Shown one piece after another: positions 23,301-37,319 of a stretch of DNA of 64,000 nucleotides (position 1 is the stretch's first letter; every line of letters starts with the position of its first letter). The translations under genes were made by a program, and so were the position numbers. The notes beneath the pieces are model-generated. The model was not told where the DNA came from and did not search any database. It worked only from the letters and a program-made list of their open reading frames with translations. Location of the stretch: positions 17,360,001 through 17,424,000 of the forward strand of contig JAGIQG010000020.1 of the NCBI GenBank assembly GCA_024679065.1, written 5' to 3'. The stretch is from Sphyrna mokarran. Lineage: Eukaryota.

Positions 23301-24740
23301 TGAGATTTTGGTGATTTTCAGTAAATTAGATGAAAAAGTTATAAACAATGCCAAACAATTAGAACTGCGTAGCTGGAGAGAATTTTGGGTATACATGAAG
23401 GAACCAAATAGAGGACAAAGAGCTCTATCTCTCAGATTTGCATGGAAAAGGTGTTTCCTAATGGAACTTAAAAGGCAGAGATGAGAGGATTTGAAGAAAA
23501 TTTAGAAGACCAGGATTTAAGCGTGGATTCACCTATGGCAGGAAAGGTTATTTTAAAGATCATCTTGACTCTGTTAGCTACAAAGACATAAAAATGCAAA
23601 TGCAAATAGTTTTAAAAGCTGCCTTTTTGCAGAGGCATCGGCTCGAGAGACTGATCTTCCTAAAGTGGTAGCTAACACATAAGGGGATACTCAAAATTAA
23701 ATAAATGTGTATATGACACGTTTAGAGTTTTGGTATTTTTCAGTAGGGTTGGTTTTATTAAAGTTAGGCTATTGAAAGCAAATCCTGTGATGTTTTACAC
23801 TCAAAGGAAATCTTTCTGGTATCTTTATGATGCAGTTTTTTTTATATATAGTGTGTTAATAGTTTGAAGCTTTGGTAATCTGTGGGCTGAGGAAGGAATT
23901 CAGATTGGAAGTCAGGCTTCAGGCACTTTCAAATGTATTGGCTTGGAAATTGGACAGACTGTCAGGTGTTACTTTACGTCAGCAAACTTACTTGGAGGCT
24001 ACCATTCCAATAGCAATTAGCGGTAGAGTTTCAGAAAAGGACGAGGTGCTTTCTAATTTGGAGAAAGAGGGACAGTGAAGTTTGGGCAACTGAATTGCCT
24101 AGGTAGACAGACCAGATCAGATGTTAGTGTTGAGGTCTCGGAGTTAAGTATAAAAATGAATGATTCTATGATGGAAGACGTAACGAAAGCGAACAATACA
24201 TTGGCCAAACTAAAATGCAGGAATGTATTTCGAGATTCCCATTTTTGGATGATCTTAGGCATCTGAAATTCGTAGTTTATAGTGTTGTATCCTCTACACT
24301 ATATGATGTGATGGATTCTGAAGCGCAGGGGGTTTTATAATAATTTGGGAGAAAAATATTGCCCCCCTTATGTGGGAAATGCGAGATATAAAGCACATTG
24401 GTCACCAAGACACTAAGCCTTGTTGTAGAGACACTGGATATGGTCTTTTACATATCCCAGATATTAACAGAAATTTTGGGGATGGGGGATTTAGGTAAAA
24501 TACCCATTGAGTGTCACGTTGACAATAAATCCCTGTGGGGAAAATGTGCATTCCACAACAAGTGTAAATGAGAAAAGGTTGAGGATCAACTTAGCCAGTT
24601 TAAAGCAAATGTTAGACAAACAGGAAATATCAAACATTAAATGATTCAATAGTAGCTTTCAGTTATGTTTGATTTACTAAAAAGGATTAGTTTGAAAAAA
24701 CCTTTGGACATTATTAAGGAAGGCTGTATTTTTCTGTGAG
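20392..24740 (+). pseudogene. disrupted copia gag-pol
   Basis: Gag (ORF 20463-20954, AFKLLDCA); degenerate Zn knuckle RCDSKFQYTFNCP (~21170-21210); protease-like ILNNDCTYTLCG; integrase FIDN..EF, SNGVCERNH, SPYQLIFG; RT DSPMAGK, KAAFLQ, QTRSDVS; RNase H DNKSL, EKRLRINLA. Many stops and frameshifts. Confidence 0.85.
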
Positions 24741-24864
24741 TGTATTTTGTTTCTCAAGAAGTGTATTCTTTTAATAAAGGAAGGGAAAATAGTGTTTTGT
24801 GTTTTGTGTTTTTCTATGAAAAACAATATTTATCAAAATATTTTTTCTCCAAAGGAAGGAAGAC

Positions 24865-25067
24865 TGTTAGGAATGGGTTAACAAACCTTCCAATTAAGTC
24901 ATAATTTGATGTCAATTATTTCGTAGAAGGCAGTGATATAGTGGCACTTGTGGTCTCTATATTTGGTGGAGAACTGCAAATGGACTTGGATAAAAGAAAT
25001 AAAGGTATTTTATGAAGAAGCAGAAGTCGTGTATTTTTTACTGTAGAGCAACCGAGAGGCTCCCACA
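24865..25067 (+). repeat. 3' LTR
   Basis: Preceded by PPT AAAGGAAGGAAGAC; ends CCCACA, followed by TSD AGTAC. Confidence 0.9.
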
Positions 25068-28000
25068 AGTACTTGCATTCCAACTTCTCTTCTGTAACCT
25101 TAACAGTACTGCAATTTAGGGAGTTATACATAATTAAATTAGCTGATTTGTATTACAGCTGTTGCAGCATGATTTAGTATATTGTATGGACTTTGCAGTT
25201 TCTTGCCTCTTTATCGTCCCCTCTCTTTCCAGATTTGATTCAATAGATGTTTCTGATCCTTATCAAGTAACCTTTTATTTGTGGATGGCACATGAAGATA
25301 AAATTATACTTTGTTCTGAAACTACCCATGGTTGAATAGCGTGTTCAAGCTTGCGTATGTACCAAGTAAAAATTCAAATTGTTGGAGTGGCAAAGAGCAA
25401 AAAACCCTCCAACAACAGGCAAAATTGGAGCAAACGTGAGGCCTTGGGAACTTCTTCAAAACTGATGGAGCAAAGAAGTACGCAACATCTTTTTGGAACA
25501 CTTGGAAAAAATCTTTTGGGAATATGTTTCTTAGATAAGTGCATCAAGATGCCATTTAATAGCTCAATGTGCGTTCCAGTGACGGATAGTGTTTTTGATG
25601 TGCAATTACAATATGGAAACTTTTATAGTCCAATTATAGTGGTAATTACTGATTGAATGAAGAAGTTAGCCTGGTTAGAAATGTTATGTTTGAATATGAA
25701 CTCTTTATGGAACCTTGCCTAACTGAAATTTAAGGGGAATTTGTAATGTGATAGCAAAAAATACTTTTACAAGATACTTTCTTGTCTATGAAAAGCCATT
25801 CTTGGTAAACATATTTCTAATGGCATATTGTGCAGCTTGGCATGCATTGTATTTGCTGAATTTTAACTGTAGATTGTTAACAGAGCTTGCTAATATACAA
25901 TGTGCTGTTGTCACTTTTAATAGTCAATTTAATGAACCAGTGTTCCAAGAGTTTATGTAGGTGTTTCAGAAATGATGTGTAAGTGCACTTACATGTCGAG
26001 TAACATAGGATCTGTACTGCTTCTTTCATTTGTGTGTTCCACATTGATAAGGTGAGAAAAGAACGTCAGCATAACCTGGTTGGATCTGTAAAATGTGTTG
26101 TGGAAATTCTGACTTGTAATGGAACATAAATCTTGCAATCATAGATTAACGGATATTTCAGTTTGTGGATGTAATGCCTATTATAAAAGTCGATTTGTTA
26201 AAATTTTTTAAATCTTTAAAAAATTGTCTTGTTTGAATTTATGTCATTGATTATCTATTTCATTGTGAGTGGTAGCTTTACATTTACATCTGTAGAAAGT
26301 GTATCTGGCAATGCTTTGCAATAAAAATGACATGATGTTCACAGCTGTAGGTGCCATTTCAGAGACTGGAAAGCTGATTTACATCACTTTTTGCAGCCAT
26401 CTAGCATATTAAATTAAAGGAATATGGATAAATTTTATAAAGTACTCTTCCCTGTCCACATAAGGTATTGTAACTTGCTGAGCAAATTTGAGTTTTTGAT
26501 CATTGTAACTTGTAATCAATTTTGAGAAGGCTTGATCTGTGTTTTAATGTAGCATTTGAGTCCCTCATGGAAATGAAACTGAACTACAACTAATCATTGA
26601 ATCATTTTCATTAGCTGATATCTTCAGTTGAGGAATTTGAAGTATTCTTTTGCTTTGGTTGAAATTAAATTTACTGAACAATTCACAGATATTAGATTCT
26701 GGTTTTCAAAACACCTCTTTGTCTTTAATTATTTGGTTGTTTTTAAGGCATGTACTTAACAGCTTGATGAAGAATATTGTGTTGTATTTTCTTCTGTCAT
26801 ATCAGTGCTTTTTGTTGGATGACCTGTCTAAGGTTGGAGAGTTGAAGTGTCTCAGATGTAGTAATCTTGTAATGTCATTTGAAATTAACTGAACTTTTGA
26901 GCAATTAAGAAATAAAATTTACAGTTTTGAACTTGTTATCTTGCTAATTTTACTTTGAGTGGAACATGGCCTATTGATTGCTTGTTTGTTCAGATTGAAA
27001 GATTGTTACCCGTGAATCTAAGTTTGTATTGTTTTTTGAACATAAATTAGCAGCTTGTCTTAACTGGCCTTTCATAAATATGTTACTGCTTTTCTTAGTC
27101 TTATTTAGGTTTGTCACAGTAAAATAAGTTGCATTTTTAAATTTCAAATCCAATTAATCATTTACTACACATTTATTACACAATGCTTATTAAAATAATT
27201 ATTTTCACAGTTGGTAAAATATATCATTGTATAAAAATCCACTCACCCTGAGAAAGTGTGACATCAAAAGTAAAAAATGGTTGATGATGTAAGTCGTAAA
27301 CTAAAACAGCGAATGTTGGAAATACTAGAGTCTGGTAGCATTTTTGGAAATTGAAACAGTTGCCATGTTTCATGATGATGACCTAGAAATCAGTGCATTT
27401 CTTTCAGGAGTGACAATTCAGTCTGACTTTTATTTTTGCATTTATTCCTGTCCGCATGTGTGCCCCCATTGTAACACGCAAGTAAAATATGGTATTTCTA
27501 CTGTGTTGGGCCAGGGCAGGCTTTGAACTTGGGACTTTATAGTACCTTTAGGCACAGGCACCCACTGAGCTCAATCAGTGCAAAATCAGGTGGAAATTAA
27601 TTTGCACTCCTTTTTAACTATTTGTTTTCATTGTAAATTGAAAGATGTGTTGAAGTGGAGAAATGAAACTATTCGCCGTCTTTCACGCGCTGAGTCCTTT
27701 TGTGTCATCTCCCATTTCTAAACTGTAGTGATGTGATTAAATTTTAACCTTGGAAGAGCCTTTTTCCATTGCACTGGTTTAATATTTCTATTTCCTATAT
27801 CAATCATTTTCCATTTTCTGCATTTCCAAATATGTAATAATTTGTAATAGCTTGTGTTTCTGTTTTGACTGGGGTTTGAGCTGAGACTTTCTTGCTGGGT
27901 TTGGGGTAAGGAGGGATGCGTCCTGGATTTTGGCCTGAATTCAAGAGTAAATTGAGCAATAGATGCATTAATCATAAGTATATTTTAGTAAAATTAAGCA

Positions 28001-31000
28001 GGACTATATTGTAGAGTGTAATGTATATTGTGCAATATACAGATGAGACTGTATTTAAAAGAAAAACTGAAATTGTATCAAGTTGATGTATAATATTTTG
28101 GTCAAATGTAAGCTAATGCAAGTTTAGGGATATGTAATTAAGGTTTTACTTCCTTACATAAGCACTTCAGTTATGCCCTCCAATGTAAATAAATACTGGC
28201 ATAACTATCCAAGATAAATGTAGCAGGCCTTTATATTAAGTACAGCTTAAGGAAAACATTTTTCAAAATTTATTAAACCATGTTGTATCTTTTAAGATGT
28301 TGAAATAATATTTCATTTCTGGTTTGGTCGTTCTGCCTTTCTGACTTAATTTTCAGGCCTATGAACAGACCCACATACTTATCTGATTGTCTCAGCGAGA
28401 TGTCTGTAGGATGAATAGACTAGAAATACAGGTTCTGAGGCCACTTTTGTGCTTCTGATGTGATGACTAGAATTTAGAGAATTGTGAATAACGAGGCTGT
28501 CTTTGGGAATTCCAATGCATTGCCAAGCCTAGTTTAAAACTACTTTATCAGGCTCAATGGAATGTTTGTGCTGTCCTTGTTCTGCTGATAGCAACCCCAG
28601 TATAAACCTGCAAATTTGTTGGAATCAGCATCCAGGAACACCTGTTGTTAACATTGGGTAAAAATGGACTTCTTGGTCACTTTATAAACTGAAGTAGAGC
28701 CTGATTATATGTTGATAAATGTTTGGACACTCCCACCTATGCTCCCAGTCATTTGTCAACTGGGAGCAATGATCTGCAAGAGGAAAACAAAAGTATTTTA
28801 AAAAATAAATGTTTTTGTGGCATGCCACAGTAAATTTGAATTAAAGCTGCCCACTTTATTAAAAAAAATTATGAAAAATGAAGAAAGAAAGTTATGAAAA
28901 ATGAAGAGAGAAAGAGAATTCCAAGTTGCATCTTTTGATTCTGACCTGACTTGCAGCCAGCCAATATAAACAAGTTGCTGCATGTGGAAACAGTAGCTAA
29001 TGCTCTGAAATCCATAACTATAGTATAAAGATAATTTTACTGTTTATTTGAGGACATCCAATTTAATCTTTCTGCAGGGAAAAGTGTAAAAATGTGTGAC
29101 AAGAATTTATTAACATTATCCATTTATTTCATTTGGTAGCAAAGTTCCATTGTACAGTTACAACTGAATAGTGTGTGTCCAGTGCCAACTTTGAGCCTCA
29201 TTATCTGCATGAGGAAGTCTTGGTTGTTAAAGTAGGCAACAGTCTCCTGATGCATGTGCTTCCTTAGTTGTGTGAATAAACTAGTTGAGTTTTAAAGTCC
29301 AAATCTAGGATTTGGCATTCCTTGGTGATCACCCTTTTTTTGTAAGGAATCACCATAGTGGTAACGTTCCTCTTAAGGTGCACACATGCATGACAGTGTA
29401 TCAATCTGGAACTGAATTGAAATAAAAAGGCTGCTCGCAACATTAAGCATGAGCAGGGCTGTTCATCAAAGATCAACTGCGAGTGGCTGGAGAGAGTAGG
29501 ACATGTGCAGCTGTGATTGGGAAAACTAATGAGCAGGGAAGAGAGAATCTATGATTTAAGCAGTGAGCTCAAGCTGAGAAAGGGAAGGTGTATGTGAAGG
29601 TGAACAGTGAGGTAGGAGCTGAGGAATGCCAGAGAAACTTGTAATCTCAAACCGTGTGCACTCCAGATACATCTGCTAAGGATCCTGAGATATAAAGAAA
29701 AGATTAGGACATACTGTGAGAAAAGGGGTGCGTTTGAGTTGGATGAACTAATGAGATCTGTGCAGTATCAAGTTATCAGGCCTGGATTCGGCTGAGATCC
29801 AGTGTACTTCCCATTCAACACCTTTTACAGCCTAGGACTGAACTTAAAGTCAAACGGCTTTGAAAGACCCACATTAATTCAAATTCACAAACTCAGTGGA
29901 CATGGCCTGCTATGACCAGATAAATTAATTTCTTACATAAACACCTAATGCTTTATGGAGCAGGTTTATGATACAGTTACTGAGCATCCACCTTTAGCAT
30001 TGCTTCAACTACATAATATGAGCCACATAATGAGCAAGTTAATTGAAGTTGGTTAGCCTAATGGATCAGATCAGGCTAAAATTAAACAAGCACTTTTTGC
30101 TGAGAGAAACAGGTTTTTAAGACAGATGATGGTCTAAGCCCAGACTTTCAAACTGTATGCATCTTCCCCATACTTATTAGTTCCATCTATTCTTCCGAAA
30201 ATGTGCTTGGATGGAAAGAGAAGCGAAGAGTTCAGGTATGAGATGTGAGGAGAGGAGAATGTAACCAGTGGGTAGAGAGCTAGAATGGGGCACATATGAT
30301 TGGAGAATGGGGCTAATGTTTTCTCTAAGTTGCACACGCATTCAGCAGTCTAGAATTTGCAGCACATTGAAATAACCAGGCAGCTCGTAACTTTATGAAA
30401 CCTCAGTAACCTTTAAGATTTAATCTGACCATTTACGTGAAAGTAGTGTTGAAGTGTTTGTAGTTGACACAGTAAAAGAAGACAGTCAACTCCATTCATA
30501 CTTAGTAGTCCTTGACGTTGCATGGTAGCAAGTAGTAAGCACTTTTGTTTCATTGTCATTGCCAGCACTGGGTATTTCGAACCACAATTCCCTTTGGAAT
30601 ATTAAGATTACTGATGGAACATCAAGATGCTCTTGATGCTTAATTGTTATGTGCAACATCTATGATGTTTCAGTTGATGTTTTATTAAAGACAATTTGAA
30701 ATTATTGTTGCTGTGAAGTGTCTGAGGTATTTTTTTAAAAAAGCCACGAATTTGTTTTGGTATCAGACTTGAGGGTTACCTGGATTTTGTTTTGCTTTTA
30801 GGTCAATAAAGAAATGAGAATCACTTGTTCATCCTTATGTGGTAATGCTGCTCTGTTATCTGTTTTGGTTTACAAGCTGATTGTAAACAACTGTGAAAGA
30901 ATTCAATACAGATGGAATTTTTGCAACAGAATGGCATGTTAAGCATATTCGCATTTTCATATGGTTTTTAATCTCCAATTTTTATGAAAAATGCTTTCTG

Positions 31001-31557
31001 AAGATTGCATTGGGATTTTTCTTTCGAAATGGACTCACACTAGTTTGTTAGTTTTCATGATTATGGTGTCTCAACACATATTTGAAGCAATGACATTTGA
31101 TGTGTAAGAACTGTTATGTAGACTAACCTGGAAATTTAGCTCAAGTCTAGTATGGTTCCAAACACAAAATGAACAGCTAAGCTTTGTTTGAGAGTTATTT
31201 TTGGTATTGCTGAAGACTTCAAGACCCACCATGTTGCTTTTCCAATTGTGTACATATCTTTTTCCTCCACCTGATCAATTAGGTGGGGCTTTCATTATTG
31301 TTTCATTCAGTACCAGTTCTAATGTTGCAGTGTAGTGTACCTCTGTATTCCACTTGGATTTCAACATTGATTTTATGCTCAACTTTACAATGGGGCCTCA
31401 ACTCTGAACCTCCTGATTCAAATGGAAGATTGCTGTTAGCTGAGTTAGAATGATGTTTCTTGGTGAATACTTCCTCTCTATGTTCTATATCAAAATGTTT
31501 TGAGCTTTCATCTTCAATAATTTGGCATTATTGGCTGGGAAAGATACTCTGTATTTC

Positions 31558-31940
31558 TTTCATGAGATGTGGCGAAGCCAACATTTGTTGCCCACTCCTA
31601 AATTGCCCTTGAGCTGAATCACTTGCCAGACCATTTCAAAAGGAAATTGAGAGTCAACTGCATTGCTGTAGATCTGGAGTTTAATGTAGACCTGACCAGG
31701 TAAGGGTGGCAGATTTCTTTCCCAAAAGGACATTGGTGAACCAGGAGGGTTTTTAGTAACAATTGATATTAGTTTTATGATACTGTTACTGGTTCATGGC
31801 ACCATTACTGAGACTGGCTTTCAATTCCAGATTTTTTAAAATTAAAAATTAATTCAAATTCTACTAGCTGCCATGAAGAGATTCAAAAACATATTCCCAG
31901 GGTGACCTGTGGATTGCTAGTCCAATGGTATTACTACCAA
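31558..31940 (-). mobile_element. tRNA-derived SINE (second family) sharing its 3' tail with the LINE at 32510
   Basis: Homologous to 37320-37615. Pol III-like head at the right end on the minus strand; tail matches 32510-32575. Confidence 0.75.
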
Positions 31941-32509
31941 GCTGTAGTCTCGAGGGAAATCCTGATTAATCTTGAATGCAAATTTCTAAGATTACTTGTA
32001 CCAACAATTTCAGACTTGCACTGCAATCTGGTGCAAAGTAGAAACCCAAAATGGATTTCCATTGGTTTGGAAAGTGAATCTGAAATTTTTAATAAGCTAA
32101 TGTTCTGCATTTGAAATTTCATTTTAATTGGTTATAATGAGAAAAAAATGTTGCAATTGATATAATTTATTACACAAATGACGCTGCGTAATATCATAAG
32201 TATGTAAGTTCCACCTAGGAATTCACACAAAATGTATGTAGCGTTCATTATAAATGCATAAAGATTCAAAATCTGTTCAGTTAACCACAGATGTTCAAAA
32301 GTTATTAAACAGATGAGACACATCTTCAATACTTTTCCTCACATCAGTTCCCAGGTTGTTGCTAAACAATTTTCTTCCCTGCCACCATCCCCTTCCCCCT
32401 CCAATAACATGAAAAAATTGCCTGTAACTTCACCTGTTCCCTTGTCAAAAATTGTATCTAATTTGTGGAAATATCAATGGCTATAAAATACAATTAATTA
32501 AAAAAATTA

Positions 32510-33185
32510 ATTCATGGCATCTAGGTTTGTTTGGCAAAGCCATAATTTGTTGCCCCTCCTTAATTGTCCTCAAGTGATGATCTGCCACTTCCCTAAACTG
32601 ATTTTATGCCGAGTGATGCTGAAGGAACAGCAATGGGTGCAAGTCAGGGTAGTGTGAGTTTTGGAGGGGGACTTGCACGTGGTGGTGTTCCCATATCTGC
32701 ATCCTTGACCACTAAATTATAAAGACTGTTGGTTTGGAATGTTCTCTTGGAAAAGGTGCCTTGGTAAGTCACTGCAGTGCATTTTGTAAATTGTCATTAC
32801 TTGGTGGAGGGAGTTAAATAAGGTTGTGGAGGGATGCTAATCAAGTGGACTTTTTTGTACTGGGTGATGTTGAGCTTCTTGAGTGTTGTTGAAGCTGCAC
32901 TCACCCAAGCAAGTGGAAAGTATCCATCACACTTCTGACTTTGTCTCGTGGATGGTGAACATGCTTTAAGGAGTTAGGAGGTGAGTTGCTTTCTGCAGAA
33001 TTCTCAGCCTTTGATCTGCTGTTATAGTCACAGTAGATGGACGGCCCAATTAGGTTTCTGCTCAGTGAAACCTCCAGGATGTTGATATGGGGAATTTAGT
33101 GACGGGGACAGCATTGAATGCCAAGAAAAAATGGTTAGACTCATTCTGGTTGGTGATGGGCATTGCCTGGCACTTCTCTGGCATG
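32510..33185 (-). mobile_element. CR1/L2-group LINE 3' fragment
   Basis: Minus strand gives VRSVM..Y.PLAWVSAASTTLKKLNITQ-like RT C-terminus followed by 3'UTR. Confidence 0.75.
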
Positions 33186-33289
33186 GTGTCATTTTGGGTC
33201 GTTAGATCAAGAAATCATTCAGGGGATGGCTCATCGGAGTTGCCATAATTTGCTGTTGTGCTGAATTGTTAGTAATGAGCTGCAGATCC

Positions 33290-34400
33290 TCTATAGCACA
33301 GATCTCTGCAAATAGGTGACCTTTCTAGGTAGTAATCTCCTGATGGATGTCATGCCTTAATGAATATAGAGCAAATAAATTTGTGGCCACAGAGATGATG
33401 CAGGGAGAAGCTTTAGATTCCTACAGTATTTGGATTTCTTCTAGGGAATATGGTACCTTGACAATAAGGCTGGCTGGTTTGCACCTTGAATAGAGGCAAG
33501 TCCAATATTTCTTGTGTGGAGGCTTACTGCTGGCAGGGGGTGTAAACTGGGAGGTGATATGAGAGAGAAAAAACAAGATGTACAAAGAATTGGTTGAGAA
33601 AAGTAGCACTGGAGTAAGAACTGGTAAGGTATTAGATGGGATCAGAACAAGAGGGAATGAAGAAACCTAAATTTATGTGTATGTGAACAGAAGTACTAAA
33701 TAAGGTTAGTACTTCTAATAAGGTAATGTGTTAAGAGACAGTTTGGATACAGTTGAAATATTCTGCCATGAGGGTGAAAAGGTAAGCAAAGTCAGAACTT
33801 GCTGGATGATCAAGAGATAGAAAATAAGATGAAGTCGAAACATGCTGATAACTGATGTCAGGTGAATAATACAATTGAGAGTCTGGTTCTATAAAGTTCA
33901 GAGAGAGTGAAACGAGGAATGAAAGCAGGGGAGAGTTGTGAAAAGTGACTGACAGTCAACATAAAAGGGGAGTCCAGACAGTGAAAGAGTAATAAAAAGA
34001 GCAGGGCTGATCCAAGACCAGAAAGAGGATTCCTGCCTCAAGGTAGAATATGTGGTTGAAGTAATAAATGAGTACTTCACATCTGTTTTTGCCAAGGGGG
34101 TAGATGCTGCCAAAGTTGCATTGAAAGATGAGACAGTTGAGACACTATAGGCTAAAATTTGATGATGAGGCGTTAGAAAAGCTCACTGTGTTTAAAGTTA
34201 ATAGTTCACTAAGACCAGATCAAATGCATACTAAGAGAAAGGAGAGTGGAAATTTCATAATCACTGGGACAAGGCTCCTGGAGAATTGCAGAAGTTACAA
34301 CCTTGCTTTAGAAAAAACATGCAAGGATGGCCCAGAGTTGTTGGATCTATCAGTTTAACATCAGTGCTTTTGAGATGGATATTCTGGGACAAAATTAACA
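33290..34400 (+). mobile_element. old CR1 fragments (ORF1 end and ORF2)
   Basis: GLHLN-like ORF1 remnant (~33475) and VINEYFTSVF motif (~34060). Confidence 0.65.
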
Positions 34401-35439
34401 GGCTTTGCGCTCATGCAATGCCAGCTTACAGTATAATTTTGAAATGGACACATTAAGACAAAATGGAGTTGGAAGTTTCAGGTGATCTTTACTTTCCTGT
34501 CAATACACATACAGCCACAAGATCACTGAACTAATAATGTTCATGTCGGGACAAGACATTAAAATGCAAACGACCTTTTGGGACACATCTGAGAAATCAT
34601 CAAAATGCAAAGCACCTTTCCTGTCGTTGATGGCTGCCCTTCTCCAAGCAGTTAAAGAAGACGAAGTTGAAAAGCCTGCAAGCTGTATTGTGAAAACAGC
34701 TGAAGTCCAGCGAACGGGTGTGATAAAAGCTCTATTCTATCGCAATGGTATGTGAATGGGTGAAACTTGTGCTCCATTGTGTGACAATGTCCTAGCCATC
34801 TGAAACCATTCTAAGATCTATCGTTGAGCTGTCGCCTATTCTGGAGTCTATAGGGGAATATATGTTAGTACACTTGTATTTGGGTCTTTTTTCAAGTTAA
34901 CTGTGAAGAAGAGTTCTAAGAAGCTTAACAAAAGTACATGCATTTGTTTCCTTTTACTGATGACACAGAACTCAAGTGAGCACTCATTCTACCTTGTTGC
35001 ATTGCCCACTCAGCTGTTTCAACAATTTCCACAGAAATCCTTAAGCCTTTCTTAAATTAATGAAGCTTATTAACACACTACTGATGATGAGGCTTTACTA
35101 TTCTGCGTAACTTGTATTGAAGCTATCTGAAGATAAAATTGAACCAATTTAACTTAGCAAAGAAACCAAATATAATTTAGTTGAGCCATTAACTATTGAC
35201 ATGTTTCCTTGAATCTATTTCTCACGCCTCCACCATCCTGTCTTGCATGTTTTAGTAATTTAGGTTTGCTAGCCAGGCCTATTTTATCTGAATATCATTG
35301 TGGTGTTTTTCATTTTTGTCATGTTTAATTGATGTGTTAAGTGTTCATTTCTGAAGTAATGTGCAGGTGTAAAATAAAATAAAACTGTGTTTTTGCATGC
35401 TCATTACTTTGTGCAGCTGACTGAATATTAACATAAATG

Positions 35440-36310
35440 GGAACTGGAGTAGGCCATGTGACTGTGAACTTGCTGTGCAATTCAACAAGATTGTAGTTGA
35501 TTTTCTGCTTCAACTACGTCTTTCTGCACCACGCTACATCCCTTAATTCCCTTGGAATCCAATCTATTGATCCCTGCCTTGGACATATTAGGCAATTGGA
35601 CATCAACAGTTGTACAGGGTACAGAATTCCAAAGATACACAACTTTTTGAGTTAAAACATTTCTTCCCATCTCAGCCCTAAATGATTTACTACTTAATCT
35701 GAGTTTGTAACACCACACTGTATATTCCCCAGCCAGAAAAAAAATTTTCTTAGCATATACCCTGTTAAGCCCTTGAAGAATTTTATATATTTCAATGAGA
35801 TCATCTCGATTTCTACTGTACAGCATGATATATAGGCCTGCCTGTTCAATCTATCCTTGTAGAACAATCCTTTCATTCCTGACACCTGTCTAATTGAATC
35901 CTTGCATTTTCTCCAAGGCAAATAATTCTTCCTTGGTTAAAGAGACCGAAACTGCACACACTTCTTCAGATATGGCCTCACCAATGTCGTGTACAATCGT
36001 GGTTAGGCTTTATCTTTCATACATGTTCTTGCCAGAAGGGTGACATACCATTTGCCTATCTAATGGCTTGTTGTACCTAGATGTTACCTTGGTAATTCAT
36101 GTACAAGGACACCTATGTTACTCTGAATCCAAACATTTTGCCATTCTTTTTCCGTCTACCAAAGCGGATAACTTCAGATTTCTCAGTGTATTTCATCTGC
36201 CGTGTTCTTGCCCATTCGTACAACCTGTCTTTTTTTCTCTCTATGGCCTCTTTGCTTTTCACTGCTTAATTTTTCAATCTACTTCATATTGTCAGCAAAC
36301 TCAAATGTGT
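35440..36310 (-). mobile_element. CR1 LINE 3' fragment
   Basis: Minus ORF RDDLIEIYKILQGLNRV...TQKVVYLWNSVP. Confidence 0.85.
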
Positions 36311-36314
36311 TATA

Positions 36315-36512
36315 CCATGGCCAGCAATATGTAGAGGCTAAATGGAAGGAGCATACCAAAACCTGAGCATCCCACCCACCTCATCAAAAACTACTTTTCC
36401 CACCTGTGGGAGTGTATGTGGATCCAGTATTGGACTTTGTCATCTCAGGACCCACAAACCTGGACTAGAAGGAAGTCATCTTTGGCCAAAGGGACTGCCT
36501 AAGAAGAAGATG
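36315..36512 (+). mobile_element. RTE LINE extreme 3' end
   Basis: C2H2-like PTCGSVCGSSIGLCHLRTH followed by an (AAG)n tail (CCTAAGAAGAAGA). Confidence 0.7.
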
Positions 36513-37319
36513 CAACAATTCAGAAAAAATCTTTGCATGTTGCAGTACTACAATGATGTGGTTATTTTCTATATTGTAGTTCTGGTCTGAGAAAGCCCAC
36601 TTACTTTGTTGTAAATTGACACTTAAAATGAAAGCCAATGTGTGTTTTTGGGCTGCTCATTAAGCTTTAACTGAAGACATCAGTGGGGATAGGAGACAAG
36701 GAAAAGATTAGTGCAGTGCACAAGTTGTATGTTAGTACTTGTTGTAACATATCGCAGGCATTATTATATTTGATGTGCTATTCTGTTGAAAGCGAACTTT
36801 CTACATAATGAAAATTGAAACTTCAGCTAGAATATGCTCTGTCCTGGCATTAGGACAGTATTATCTGTTCTTTTTGGACTTTCAGCACTTTCCAAAAGAG
36901 GGGAAGAAAACCAAGGTTCTAAGCATTCAGCAATGACGAGGATATTTACAGTATCTTTGCCAACAAATTCAGTGCTTGTTCTTAGCTTTGCTGGGGGTAG
37001 TGAAGTCGATGTTGAAGAACTATACCAAAAATGAGTGCGATCAAGAAATTACACAAAATAGAATATAAAGTAAAATCATGGGGTTATATAAACCACTTGC
37101 ATTGTATGCATTAAACGTGCAATTGTAGGTTAAATTTGTAAGAAGTTGGGATTGGAAGATGTATGTCACCTGAAACCAATGCCAAAGTGAAATGCAATTG
37201 ACACTGATCCAATGGGACAGTTGCTTTTGGCAAATGAGAAAAAGGTGTCAGAGGTAAAGTGTGTAATTGGTTTAAATTCTGCAGTTATTTCTTTGGAACA
37301 GAAATACAGAGTTTCTTTT

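Larger units (their letters stand above)
20056..25067 (+). mobile_element. full-length decayed Ty1/copia LTR retrotransposon (GalEa-like)
   Basis: LTRs 20056-20253 and 24865-25067 (TG...CA). TSD AGTAC at 20051-20055 and 25068-25072. PBS TGGTAGCAGAG at 20255, PPT at 24851-24864. Domain order gag-PR-INT-RT-RNaseH. Confidence 0.92.

Noticed and set aside
27300-27385. Possible terminal fragment of another Penelope-type repeat
   Set aside because: Resemblance is from recall only, and it is too short and degenerate to support.
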